From assembly GCA_963575745.1 (NCBI GenBank), contig CAUYUJ010000004.1, forward strand, positions 248,001 through 312,000: 64,000 nucleotides of DNA. The letters run 5' to 3'. Shown here piece by piece: positions 24,600 to 37,959 of the stretch. Each line of letters starts with the position of its first letter. The first letter of the stretch is position 1. Made by a program: the position numbers and the translations under genes. The notes beneath the pieces are model-generated. The model was not told the DNA's origin and ran no database searches. It was given only the letters and a program-made list of their open reading frames with translations. The stretch comes from Prorocentrum cordatum (taxonomy: Eukaryota).

Positions 24600-27500
24600 G
24601 ACTGACATCGTGTCCAACAGCTCGAGAAGTGCCGATAAGCGCGTTGTACAACATGACGGACATGACACAAACAAGGACGGTCCAATTCAGGACCGAGTCC
24701 TTCCTTCATACATCGCCACTCGGGTAGTAAGGGGCAGAGGTACCGAAGGAGTAACAGAGATGTCGGTAGACGTCTCTCCCGCGGGAACTCGAATCGGTGA
24801 TCGCGAGCAAACCCCAGGCCCGTACGGGCGAGATGGCGTAACATCAAGACCTAGACGAAATGCGTTTTCGTCATGGAGTGCCAAATCGACGGAGTCAATC
24901 AGCTCAATTCCGAACACTCCACATGCTATTGCTACTGCCGCTGGTAAAGCCGGCCGGCCAGGGGAAGCCCAAGGGAACATGCATACGTACCCTAGTATCC
25001 CGACCGAGTGGGTGGGTACGAGTGCCAACGCCCCAATCCCAATAGCACTTAACGGACAATGCTGTCAGGACAGTGATGGCCCAATTGAAACAGATCATGA
25101 CATATATTATATGGAAGAAGATTTTGATAACATCAATAATGATATTTCCCTTAGCCGAGCATTGTCCGTGATGATGGACAAAAAGACATCCCTGCTCAAG
25201 ACGAAAGATGGTCTCCAGATGGATCCGATGAAGACACTAGTATCCTGACGCCTCAGGCGGACAGGGCGGAGGCCCAGACGAAGCATGAGAGGGGGTCCAC
25301 AGGGCGAACCCCTGCGCCTCACTTCAATAAACAACGGAATGAGGACTACGAGCTAAACGTCTCGCCACTGAAAGAAGGTTTCTCCCGTAATGCCGCCGCC
25401 TCAGGTGACTGGCAACCCTCGATTCCAGCTGTTGTTGAGGATGAAGAAATCGTCGGACAACCAGCTACGTATGCCCAGCTAATAACACAAGACGAGAAGG
25501 ATGAGGAGTTTTTAAATGCGCCTAAACCGCCAGGAAATACCTTCGTTTGCCCCAGATCAAATGCTTCAAGCAGGGGAAGACCCAAGATATCTAGATCAGG
25601 GGCGAGATCCACTTCAAAGAGCAACAGTGCCGTCTCCATGATGGAGGTTTGGTGGAACCCCAACCCTAACTGCGCGCCTCAGGCGCAGAGCAGATGCCCA
25701 GGAAAATGCAACAGGCCAGAAGGCGCATGTAGGAATCCAGTGTGCAAGAGTTGCTCGGACGTTTGCCATAAGTATAACATGCAGTGGCTGTGCGCAGAGC
25801 GTTACCCAATGGGCGAGCATAACTGCGCGTATCTCCCCATGCAATCTATTCAGGGCCAGGCCAGGCTGGCGGGGACTAACACTCAGAGAGAGTTGCTGAC
25901 CAATGAAGCGCAGCTGGCCGAAAGGGCCCGATTGGACAGAGAAGAATTAACTTAAACTGTGGTCGAAGCGAGAAAAACGTTCGAGGCTGAACGGATCGCC
26001 CTAGCCATGGCTGCTAGAGAGCGGGAACAGGCGCCGATAGAACATCTGCGTAATCAGACCGAGGCCGTTAAACGGCAAGTGGAGCTGGAAACCGAAAAGA
26101 AATACAAAGAATTATTGACTTCGGAGAGACAGGCCGTCGCGATAGCAAACAAGGAATCTGTCGACGCCAACGCGGTTGCCGCTGCTGTTGCGGCGGCCAG
26201 GATAGAAGGAGAACCAATCGCTACAGTCATGGCGGAACGAGAAAAACAGAGCTTACAAGAAGAGCTCAAAAACGCCAGGCTGGAAGCAGCTAACACCCAA
26301 GCCGTAGCTGCGAAGATAACCGACCAGAGCAATCTTTATCTGGAAGGACTCAAATCGCATGAAGAAGCTAGATCTTCCCTCCAGCGCATAAAAACGAGCA
26401 ATGCTAAGTGCCCGCCGGCTAAGCCGACTGGAACAAATGTACGCCAATCGTCGACGGCTCAGTCGTCCGGCATAGTGCCCGTTCCAACGCAATTTGATCA
26501 GACGACTCTGACAAATGCGGGGGCGTCGACCCTGCTGATGGGAGGTGTAAGACATCCTCCTCCCGAGGAGAGAGGACATGCACTTTCCGTGGGCCAATTC
26601 TGCGCAGTCGGCTTTCGTCTAAAGATGGACAAGTGCGTCGGATGTGGTAGGTCGGCACGTGAAGAACATATCGATGCAAGCACAAGAAGATGCTCCAGAT
26701 GCGACTTGTGGAAGAGTGAAAGATCAGCTGCCGACATGCAAGAAGAAGAGGCCATCTCGAACGCAGCTAATGCAGAGAAAGGAAAGATGAGGCTTAAGGC
26801 TATCATCGCCGACCCGACTCCATATACCGAGAATAAACGAGAAACCGGATTCACATCAAATTCATTTGGTTTTGCGTTGCTTTCGCAAGAAACTCCCGTG
26901 AGGCCGTTGTTGCGTCGGCACTTTACTGTTCCAGACCCTGCCCTAGGAGGTCCGGCGAAGCCGAGCACCGCCGAGAGTGGACTTCCTGTTGGGATCCAGC
27001 TAACTGGACCTAACGAAGGTAATACTCTCGCCAGTTGCCGCCCATCCTGTGGAGATGGTCATACGGGAATGACGGCGACTAAGTCGTCGGGCGAAGCAGG
27101 ACAGGGCGGAGAAGGAGACGACATGAGCGACGCTCCTAGCACTGAGATCGCATCTTCACATGAAGATGATCGTGGTAAATGACCACGTGGGTCGCCTCCG
27201 GGGGGGGTTCAGATCCCTCTGATGGTGGGTGGGCGCAGGGGGCCTCGGGGCCCCGGCGGACCGCGCGACTCGGTAGTAATTGACGAAAGCACGCCGTTGG
27301 ATCAATGGAGACAGGTTGGTAACAACCAGAAAATTGATTTGTTTGACATCCCTGATGTTACGAACATTCGCGAGTGGCAAATGCACGCAGCACGCGCAAT
27401 CGCTGGATCATCGCCCGAGAGCCAGGCTGCACAGCACTGGATTGCTGAGGCTATGGATCCAGCTGTGGAGGATGAGCAACTCAAAGATGCAGGGCGATTC

Positions 27501-29841
27501 CAGCGTCTCGACCTCATGATCGCAACGAATCTCATCGAGAAATTCAACAAGATGCGAAAGAATCGATATCAGCCTGGTCATCATACTCATTTCCTCCAAC
27601 AGATTACTCGTATGGAATCCAGCGCCCAGAACGAGGGAAGACGCATGACTGGACGCGAGATGGTGCGAGCAATTTGCCACTGGTGTTCGGTAAGATCGGA
27701 GTTGGGACAACGTCGCATGTCGCGTGACCTCTTCAAGGTAATCATTGACCCACACAAGCCTGATGCTGACCTGTATCATTTCTACAATGAATGGACAGAT
27801 GTGTATCGACAGCTTTATGGCGCTAAGCCTCCGTCCGATGGAATGAGGGCCTCGATTCATGCACACTTTCTTGAACAATGCAGAAAGCCGAGCAAACTGA
27901 ACTTTGCATGCCAGTTATACGACTTGCCAACAAATAAACATGATGGACCCACGAACCCGGAAAGGGATATAGACATGTGGAGCACGGACACGTTTTCATG
28001 ATACCCAACTGGGCAACACCTCGCGAAACATCCCACGAGACACCTCACGAAACAGCCCACGAGACACCTCACGAAACATTCCACGAGACACCTCGCGAAA
28101 CATTTCACGAGACACCCCGCGAAACATTCCACGAGACACCCCACGAAACATTCCACGACGACAGGCAACCACTCAACCAAGGCGGTGTGGTCGTGCTGGG
28201 GAGTGGTCGTGCTGGGGTGTGGTCGTGCTGGGGGGTGGTCGTGCTGGGGGGTGTGGTCGTGCTGGGGGGGTGTCGTGCTGTGCTGGGGGCGTGGTCGTGC
28301 TGGGGCGTGGTCGTGCTGGGGCGTGGTCGTGCTGGGGCGTGCTGTCGTGCTGGGGCGTGGTCGTGCTGGGGCGTGGTCGTGCTGGTGTGGTCGTGCTGGG
28401 GTGTGGTCGTGCTGGGGTGTGGTCGTGCTGGGGTGTGGTCGTGCTGGGGCGTGGTCGTGCTGGGGCGTGGTCGTGCTGGGGTGTGGTCGTGCTGGGGCGT
28501 GGTCGTGCTGGGGTGGGGTCGTGCTGGGGTGGGGTCGTGCTGGGGTGGGTTCACCCTGTGATTTATCGATCGGGTCGTGCTGGGGTGTGGTCGTGCTGGG
28601 GTGTGGTCGTGCTGGGGTGTGGTCGTGCTGGGGTGTGGTCGTGCTGGGGTGTGGTCGTGCTGGGGCGTGGTCGCGCTGGGGCGTGGTCGTGCTGGGGCGT
28701 GGTCGTGCTGGGGCGTGGTCGTGCTGAAAAGCCCCGCGCTGTGTGATTTATCGATCGGGATTTCAAAAACAAGCGTTTCGCCTGAGACATCCTCAAATTT
28801 TAATCCGCCGGCCTCCTTCGACTTCGATATTTATCAGGGAAAGAATCCGCCGGCCTCCTTCAAGTTGGGCACGTGGGGATATGTTTACATAGGAAAAGAG
28901 AGCCCTGGGCCTATGCCCTTTCCGGGAAAATGGGACATGGCGCGAAGAGTTATGAATGGCTGATGGAGCAGATTGAAGAAAAGATGTTGCGAGAAAAAGA
29001 AGAGTGGAACATCGGCATGCATGAGGGCACCTTGAATCAGCGTGCTGGGCAAGCGCGATTCGGCGGGGGCGGAGGCAATGACAACCGGGAGAATGCCGGC
29101 TGCAAAGCCGCCCCGGCGGAGATTGCTGCTAAATTGGGGAAGCCCTCAGATGTCATGAAAAGCGGAAAGACTAAGGGCGAGACCACGTGCAGATGCGTGC
29201 ACAAGGGCGAAATTTGCCCGCATGAAGGAAAAGGCTGCCCCTTCAATCATAAGAAGCCCAAGAATGCCGCGCCGGCTCAGTCGAGTGCGGGGAGAAAATC
29301 CAGTGCCGCTCCTGCCCAGGATAAGAACCCTAGAGGGAGATCGAAGGGCGGGGGCCGAAAGGGGCAGGGTCGATCCCAGACCCCGACTGGCGAACGTGGG
29401 AAAGGAGGGCAGCAGAAGAATAGAAGCCAATCACGCGGGAAAGACAGTGCCATACCGTGCTACGCATTCTCCCGAGATCCGAAGAATTGTCGAGGACCAG
29501 AAGACGGATGTAACAAAGCCCATAGAGGGCTATCCGATGCTGAGAAGCTGAAGCGTGACAAACGGGAACAAGCGAAACTTGACGCGGGACAATCTTTGGG
29601 ATATGAGCGTACAGCCAAACAAGCCAATGCCGCCGCTGCCAATATCTCTTCGACGGGAAGCAATAGTGGCTCCAGAGCCTCTAGTGCTAACTCCGACAAA
29701 CGTTAAAAGGATGGAGAGAAAAACAAAGGCGGTGGCACAGGCAAAGACATGGTCTGCCGCTCCTACAAGGAAACGGGAAAATGCTCACGCGGAAAGGAAT
29801 GCTGGTTTGCCAAGACCACCCCAGGTCATCCAGTCACGTGA
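24600..29841 (+). pseudogene. Long gag-like region of copy A (Cys-rich N-terminal motifs, coiled coil, helical core, three CCCH-like fingers), interrupted by an insertion
   Basis: ORF fragments 24448, 25638, 25959, 27222, 28873. Fingers CRCVHKGEICPHEGKGCPFNH, CYAFSRDPKNCRGPEDGCNKAH, CRSYKETGKCSRGKECWF. Start codon uncertain. Confidence 0.7.
27965..28944. repeat. ~1 kb insertion in gag, made of 12/24-bp (CACGAAACATTC/CACGAGACACCT) and 15-bp (GGGTGTGGTCGTGCT) tandem arrays
   Basis: Splits a plausible continuous peptide ...DGPTNPE|SYEWLMEQIEEK...; arrays directly visible. Confidence 0.8.
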
Positions 29842-32800
29842 CGATGGCTCGACACTGGCGGCTCAGCCGTCAGTGCTGGAGGAATGAAAAACATAATCTT
29901 ATTAATGGTATTCTTTCTTGCCGTCCTTGTTCGGCAGGCGTGGCGAAGCCTGCGTCAGTTGAACAGAAAGCGGGGGGGTTGGAAGAGACCCGCTGATTCA
30001 ATCAGCTTGGGTGCCGTCGTGTGCCCCGGCCCATTATTTCGGGGCCTCCCAGGGCAGAATCAAAATAGCCCTACATTTTTGACTATTGCATCAAATACCG
30101 AGGGCGGAGATTATGGGGATACCTCCACAGGTGAGTTTCACCAGGACAGCAGGAAACAGGTCGAGAGTCTCGTCAATGTTCTTGCGAATTTCCTGTGCCC
30201 TCTTTCTCGGGGCGCGATCGAGAAGTACTGGTGCGCCCCCCCTAGTACGAGTTGCATCCGACATCGGAACAGTAACCGACGCAATCTCCGCGTCCGTTTT
30301 CACCCCTCTACTGATGAGCCGACTATCACTTGGAGGAAGGCGCGTCGCCACCACTTGAAAGAGTTGCCTTCGAGTAGCAAAGATAGATGGAAGTTCCCAG
30401 GAGAAATACGCAGACAGATGTCGACACAGTCGAGGGCATCCGTCGCTGAAGCTCTGGTCAGAGCATCAGACCTGCAAGATCATGTCTGGCATCTCTGGTT
30501 GAAGGGCGAAGGGGGGAAAGAAGGCCCGCACGGCGCAGCCGCTACTGGATGCGCAGACAAAGACGCTGCGTATCTGGGGGCGCTGAGCTTCATTATAGAT
30601 ACTGGGTGCGGGTATAACCTAATAGCGGAGAAATCTCTTAGGAGCGCAGGTGCAATGAGGTTGATTCGAAAGCTTCCGCAATCGATCACACTGAACACTT
30701 CGGGGGGGGGGGGTCTAAGGCCCTCGGTTCAGTTCGCATCGCGTGTCCCAAGTTTAAGGGTGGTAGTTTTAACGCTTTAGTCATGCCAGAGACCCCGTGC
30801 GTGAGTTCGGTAGGAGAGCGGTGCATGGATCACGGCTTTAGGTTCTTTTGGCCAGCAGGTCAAAGGCCCTACCTATTGTTGCCCAATGGCCAAAGAGTGG
30901 ACCTGGCCGTTGAGGGCAAGATACCATGCTTGACCCTATCAGGCAAGGAGGCGCTGGGTCAGTGGATGTGCGCAGCTGCCGCCGGAAGGAGCGAGCCCCC
31001 CGAGCGGTGGTGTTGCGTGACGCCGGGCGCCAAGGCATTCTTGGACAACGTGGAATCGGCGGGAGGCCCTCCGCCCCATGCTGTCCAGACTCGCGTAACC
31101 ATAGACCTGCATGCACATGAGCTGATTGGTTCCCGCAGCTACGCTGATGGGCGGCCGACTGAGATCGCGCCCGCTTTCCCGTCTTCGATAGACTCTGCGG
31201 ATGCCATCACCTACTTCTACTATTCGCTTCAAAAGGCCAGCGAATGCGGTTGGAATCGGACGCCGACCGGTATCGCTGCCTCTAAAAGTCTCTCAGCTTT
31301 GCCCGACCACGGTCAAGCCGTCGGTCCATTCGACGATCAGCCCGGCGAAGCCGAGGCCTGCGCTGCCGCATATAGATGCCATTACGGATACGGAGTTTCA
31401 GGATACCTCCCGTACGAAGTAAGCCGAGGACTGGACTCCAGTGCGTGCAACGCGGCCCCAGGACCCGAGGAGGGCGAGGTTGGAGACGCTGACGGTGTCG
31501 ACTTAGTCGACGTCGACGCACCGCCAGATTTAGACCCAGATGTTGCGGAGGTTGAGGTGTCGGAGACCCTTGCCGAGCGGCTCAAAAAGGCCGCAGCCTC
31601 CCTACCGCACCTACTAACTCATACTCCCAAGAACCCATCTTGTCCAGTGTGCAATTGGGCCAAAGCTATCAGAAAGCAACAGCGCAAAGCGCAGAACAAA
31701 GGGCTAAAGGTTCCCCGCCCATACGCTAACCCCACCTCGTTCGGACAACTGAGGACGATGGATCATTGTTTTGCGATGGATGAACTCTCGCGGGGACTCC
31801 ACGATGAGACCGCGTGTGTGACTTTTCGCGACCGAGCTACGAGTTTTCTCGCCGCTCAGGGTGTACACGACAAGTCTGCGGCTCACGTTTGCAACTTTTT
31901 GGTAAACCTGAGAGCCCCGGAGGGGAACTTAGAATACTGTCATGCAGATGGTGCAAGGGAGCTTGCCAGGGCATGTTACGAGCTCAATATTGCCCATGAT
32001 CCTACCATCCCAGGAAATAAGAAGCAAAATGCCGTTGCTGAGCGTGCGAGCGGCGTTGTGCAGATGGGAGCCAGAGCCTTACTCATGCAGGCTGGTCTTC
32101 CACCACCATATTGGACCTACGCGGTCCGGTATTTCTGTCTACGCTACAATGCTAGGACCCCCGCTGGAGGGCAGTCCAGTTGGGAAAGACGCGTCGGATG
32201 CCAGTTTAATGCTCCGCTTCTTCCCTTCGGATCACTTGTCCGTTATGTGCCCCCGCCTGAATCCCGGTTTCGCACCGCCAAGACTGGCGCGACGATGATG
32301 CCAGGGATATACTTGGGGTACGTGCACAAAGCGGGGGGATTGGTTGGACCAGATAGTTACGTTATACCTCTGAGACAATTGGACGGTCTGAATATGTAAT
32401 CAGGGCGTACCCCAGAGGGAAAACGACCTACGATCGAGAAGTCTGATCAAGTGTACAGCAACATCTTAGATGGTACTGCTGATGACCAATCGCCTCAGTT
32501 CCCCTTAAGAAAAGCATACGAGAAAGCGGCGACAGAGGTACGTTCCGTCACAATCCCTACAGAGACAGGAGAAACTGCGGCCGTCCCAGACGGACCACAG
32601 CCAGCCACAGGGATAATACCGGACAACACGTTTAATGCTGATGATCCTGCCATTACACTACCACCGCCTCCTCAAGAAGGCGGGGACGCCCCGCGTCTTG
32701 ACTCTGATGCCGATTTGGAAGAAGACGGCCCTGGGGGTCTGTATGTGGGTGATGTGCCTTTGGTAGTTGACGGCAGGGACCCCCGGCGCGATTCCCATCC

Positions 32801-35800
32801 TCCAGACAGGAACCAAAAACTGGGACTCGCACAACTCGAGTATCGTTTGGACAGACAGTCCAGCTTCTCAGCGGCTAAGCCACGTGAGAAGGTTCCAGGG
32901 AAAGGGCAACTTCTTGCCCGAACATCTCAAAATTTGGATACGATGGAATATTTTGAAGACAGACGGATTGTTGCTGGACTTACAAAAGAAGAGCTAACTC
33001 AAAAGCTTCCGTTGACAGGCCGTCGAAGACATGTAGTATACGAGTTGTTCTTTATTATGACCCTGATTATGTGCCTATAACCCGAGTGTGGGTCACAGAC
33101 CCAGACCCAAAATACAGTGCCCAATGGCTGAAGAAGTTGCCTGAATCTACCAATCCCGGAATACACCCTGGACGATGGTTCAACATGAATCAAGCACAGC
33201 GCCGGCAGGCCGTGGAACAATACAAGGCAGAAAAGATAGGATTCTTCGGTATAGAGGATCCCGGCCCTTGTCTCGGCCTCCTGCGCGACATCGGCCTAGA
33301 TGTGGATGACCCACCGACTCCGCCTGATCCCGCAGTGGCTCAGCCACTTGCGGCTCTCCCCGAAGCTAGGCTAACTGCACCTAAGGTGGCTGAGCAGCTA
33401 CGTCGCATACAGAATGGCAGCCTGTGCTGCACCCCTGGCAGGGGGCGAGGGGCGGCGTCGCGAAACACCCAGGGCTGCCGAGCCTCATCTGAGGCCGACG
33501 ATTCTTCAGAAGAAGTTCCCAAAGAACATCTGTCGGATGACGAGGACATTTGGTGGACACAGACATGGTATGGAGGCGCTATCGCAAGAGACGGGCTTCC
33601 CTCCGGCTCAGCCGGTAGGGATCCCTTGTCCGATGATGATAACGAAAAATGTGAGGACATGTGTGGGGCAAGCCAGACCTCGAGTCCGGCGGCCGCCGCG
33701 TCGCGGCGAAGCGTGCCTCGCATGCCGTTGCAAGATAACTCAGCTGTAGACATCAGTCATCGTGACAAAGAGATTTGATTTGCAATATTTCTATAATCTT
33801 TTTACTGATATAGTGTCTGTCATCGATGAACCCTTCCAGCTTCCCAGTGACTGGCATTGCGCCCGCGTAGATGCCGCTGTTGCCAGATCTGTCTCGAAAG
33901 ACGAGGCCAAGGCAAACAAAGACGCTCGAGCTACCTGGAGGAAAGAGTGGGGCAGATTGCGCGACATTGGCACGTGGATAGAGGATGGCGTTAGAGAATA
34001 TTCCGATGTAGTTGCCGAACTCAAAGGGAAAACAGCCCACTTTGGCCGATTATTTGCGATCCTCGTTGAAAAGAATTCGGAATTGCCGTTAGGACACAAA
34101 TGCCGTAAGTACAGAGATCGGGTAGTCTTTGACGGTTCAAGTGTCAGAGATCAAAACAAGGACGTGGCATTGTTTCAGGAGCTTCCCAGCAGTCCCGCGA
34201 CCATGCAGGCCAGCAGAGCAGCTGATACCTACGGGCTGTTCGAAGGCCATAGTATCGAACAAGCTGATGCTCGACAAGCTTACACGCAATCGAAATTGGG
34301 AGGCACTCCTACATGGTTTTCTTGCCTCGTGGCGAATGGCCCAAAGCATGGTCCAACATGCGGAACCCCGTATGTCCCTTGTACTTGTCACTGTACGGGC
34401 ACCCTGATTCGGGCGGATATTGAGAACAGCATTGCGAGGGACATGTCCTTGCTAAAGGCTTTGTGAAATGTAGTCCGTGGCGTAGCTGTTATTTCCACAA
34501 AGAACTGCAAATCTTCCTGATCATCTATGTTGATGATTTCAAACTGTCGGGACCTGCCGACAAGCTAGCCCAGGGGTGGAAGTTACTTCAAGAACCTTCG
34601 GAACATTGCCCTAAGGGCACAGAAATAGATCCTCCAACGGCTGTTGGACGATATTTAGGATGCGAGCATAGATTATCAACTCAGACAATTGAGTGGCACG
34701 GAGAATTGCCTACGATACTTGACCCACCTCCTCCCGAAGTTAAGAAAAACGCCTCCGTCGCAGACGAGAGTAGCGAGGAGGAAACGGGGGGTGACTCGGC
34801 GTCCCAGACGACCGAGCCATACCAGCCGAATGAACCAAAACTAGTTAAGGCCATAGAATACGATATGACAGAATTATTGGATTCCTGTGTTACGTTACAC
34901 GCTCAATTGACGGACACCGACCCGGCTGCACATCCGGCCGCGGGTACGTCGTTTGGCCCTGAACTTACCGACTTAGAGCGGCCCCAGAGGAGAAATTTAC
35001 TCCCCAGCTGAGGAGGCTATAGCGTCAGCGTTACAAATTAATGTTGATACCGGCCCCCCTGACCAGGAGATAGAAGTGCTTGGCCTTGATGCCGCAGCAG
35101 CTAGCCCTGATGACCCTGAGCCACCGACTCAGTCGGGCGTGCTTCAACACATTGCAGCACAAGTGTTGATGCAGATACTTTACGGGGCGAGAGTGGCCAG
35201 ATGCGACTTACTCCGTGCTGTGTGTCAAACTGCCAGTTGTATTACGAAGTGGACAGAAGAGCAAGACATGGACCTCTTCCGCTTCATATGTTACATCAAA
35301 TGTACGTCCCATTATCGTATGACCTCGTGGGTGGGTGGCAAAAAGGAGGACGTTCTGTTAAAGCAATACTCTGCAGATCTGGCGAGCGACATTCGCACAC
35401 ACAGGAGCACGAGCGCCAGTTATCAAGCCATTTGGGGCCCGTATACACGGGCAGGCCAATCGATGGGATCGCAAAGACAAGCATGCGCATCTCACAGTAC
35501 GCTTGAGGCTGAGATCGTCGCAGCCGACCTTGCGTTGCGCAAGGAGCTGCTTGCGGCATTACCGCTGTGGGAAATCCTGCTTGCTAGACCGGTGCGATGT
35601 TTATTCTTGGAAGATATCCAAGCAGTTTGTAAGGTCATTAAGGCAGGCGGGTCGATGAAATTGATGCATCTACCGAGAACGCACAGAATTGATGCAGCAG
35701 CTGTGTCCGAACAATTTTCTCGTGGCCTCGTTCAACTACAATATGAAAGAACGCAAAATGAGGCTGCTGATATTGGAACACAACGATATGTTGACCCTAT

Positions 35801-36200
35801 GGCATGGGTCAAAGTCTTGTATATTGTCAACATTGTGACGCCTAAGTTCTGGGCCGCTAAGCGGTGCCAAGATTATCTTGACTCAATGTTTTCTGACGGA
35901 CTTCCCCTGGAACCCGGGGGGATTCCCAGGCCCCGCCTGGGCCCTAGTTCGGCCTTGCGGAGAGGGGCTGCTCTGCCCAGTAAAAAGTCAAACAACAAGA
36001 AAAAGCGCCCCAACAAAGGTAAACCCGTTGTGGCTGCCCCCGGCCAAGCCGAGGAGGCATTAGCGATAACGAATGCAATCAGCTCAGCTGATGATGCAGG
36101 TAATATCACTCCTCTAAAGGTCAAAGAAGGTTACAGCAGAAGCTCCGAGCAACGAGAGCGATCGAGAACACAACCAAAAGAAGCTCTGATCGTGAAATGA
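29842..36200 (+). pseudogene. pol of copy A: protease, integrase, reverse transcriptase, RNase H
   Basis: FIIDTGCG (~30590); HLLTH...CPVC, TMDH, HADG, QNAVAER (31600-32050); IYVDDF (~34525); HSTLEAE, LED, AADIGT (35360-35780). Confidence 0.92.
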
Positions 36201-36669
36201 AAACCATGTTTGGAATAACGGGTAGCGAAAGCGAACCAGAGCCTTCCATGAGGCCTGAAGATATGGAGGATGTTCTGAACAAAAACCGCCCGCGTCCTAA
36301 TCCGCACTCTGCGGTGGCTGCCAACTTCTCTGACAAAAGGGATGAATGGGTGAGACAAGGACAGAGTTTGAAACGATGGCGCTATGTCCCGAGACTCGTT
36401 ACATTCATGCCGGCAATCGGTGATTGTCCCGTCGAACTCGATAGATTGGATGACAAACGTCGCACCTGCGCCGTCAATGCCCAACAAGGTTGGACGATAG
36501 ACCGCATTGGTAACTGGCGCGACGAGGACAGCAGGTATCATCACCAATTTGAATACGACTCAGATGGCGATTCTAGCGACGGTGACTATTGCCTAAGCAG
36601 ATGGACGGGACACACAGAGTTTAGGATTCGAGATGATTGCGCCCCAGCCACTCAGTGGACCGGGGAAAG

Positions 36670-37330
36670 ACTTTGTTAGAATACTGTTGCGGCCCCCAAA
36701 GTAGAATAGGATACCCGAAGAATTTCGTTGACAAATCATGTAAAGTGATTCGATACACCGAGAAGGAAGACATGAGGACGGATGAGGGACTAAAAATAGC
36801 GTTGAACGATATAGCTACGTTCAAGGGAAAACATAACACATTATGGGGCTCCATGCCGTGCACAGGTGGCTCTCCCTGGCAATATGTGAACGAGGCGCAT
36901 TATCTCCGTATTGGAAATCATAGAGCTACGCGTAGGCTTCGGGGTATTAGAACCGATTTCCGATACTTGTTTTGGAATTTCCGTGAGGTTGCCCGCGCTG
37001 TGCACAAAGCGGGGGGCGTTGTATGTATTGAATGGCCTACCCAATGTAATTATTGGAGAGATCCTCGGGTAAAGAGTTGTCTTCGAGAGTTAGACTTTGT
37101 CAAGACGGCGTTACACGGGTGCGCATGCGGATTGAAAGATAGCAAGGGTAATTTCATGAAAAAGCCTTGGACGATAGCCACCACCTCCCCCATTGTTGCG
37201 GAGGGGTTAGAGCGCAGATGTGATGGCACACATGAACATGTTGAGGCTAGAGGACGAGAGTGTAAAAGCGCTGAAGATTACACTGATGATTTTGCCAAGC
37301 AGGTTCATTTCGCCGTTGCCAATGCCGCAG
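36670..37330 (+). pseudogene. C5 DNA-methyltransferase-like domain, copy A
   Basis: EYCCG (motif I-like), WGSMPCTGGS (catalytic PC), CIEWP (motif VI-like), GC-x-x-GL...KKPW, RCDGTHEH, Y-T-x-x-FA. Same motif series as the DNMT at 9790-10410. Confidence 0.8.
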
Positions 37331-37959
37331 AGAGAGTTGTGCCGTCTCGTCGTCGTCCTACTTCCTCTCCCAATCCTATTTGTGCCGCTGCCGTTTCGGC
37401 TCGACAGCCTGCGCGGGCTGCCCCGCGACCGGCCCCCTGTAGAGGCGAGCGGTTGCCTTGCGGCGACAGCTCGAATCTTGCTTGCCGCGGCTTCCGCGTG
37501 CCGGAGAGATCAACGACTGAACCCATGTGCCGACCGCTGAAAAAGAAAGCGGTCGTGCCACTGGGCGAGGACGTGATCTCGATCCATTCTGATGACATCG
37601 TGGATGAGTTTGATTCCGACGTTGCTGGAGACAAAAGCAAAGAGGAAGAGAAATATAACAATGTTCTTCCCACCACAATTCGAAAAGCCTCGCCGCCGGC
37701 TCAGCCGAGCGGGAAGGCCTGCCCACCGGCTCAGCCGGATGGGGCAAGAAACAATCATTTTAGCCCAAATGACGTTGTGCCCGAGATTGATACTAAAATG
37801 GGAACTGATGTCGAGACTATCAATCAGGGAACAACTGCTCAGAAAAGGGCAGCCGAGACTGCCCCCCAGGACAACCCTCGCTCAGAGAAAGCGACTGCCC
37901 CAAGGCTGAAGACGTCGATTCATGGAAAGACAAAGCGATCTTCACGTGCCTACCTGACA

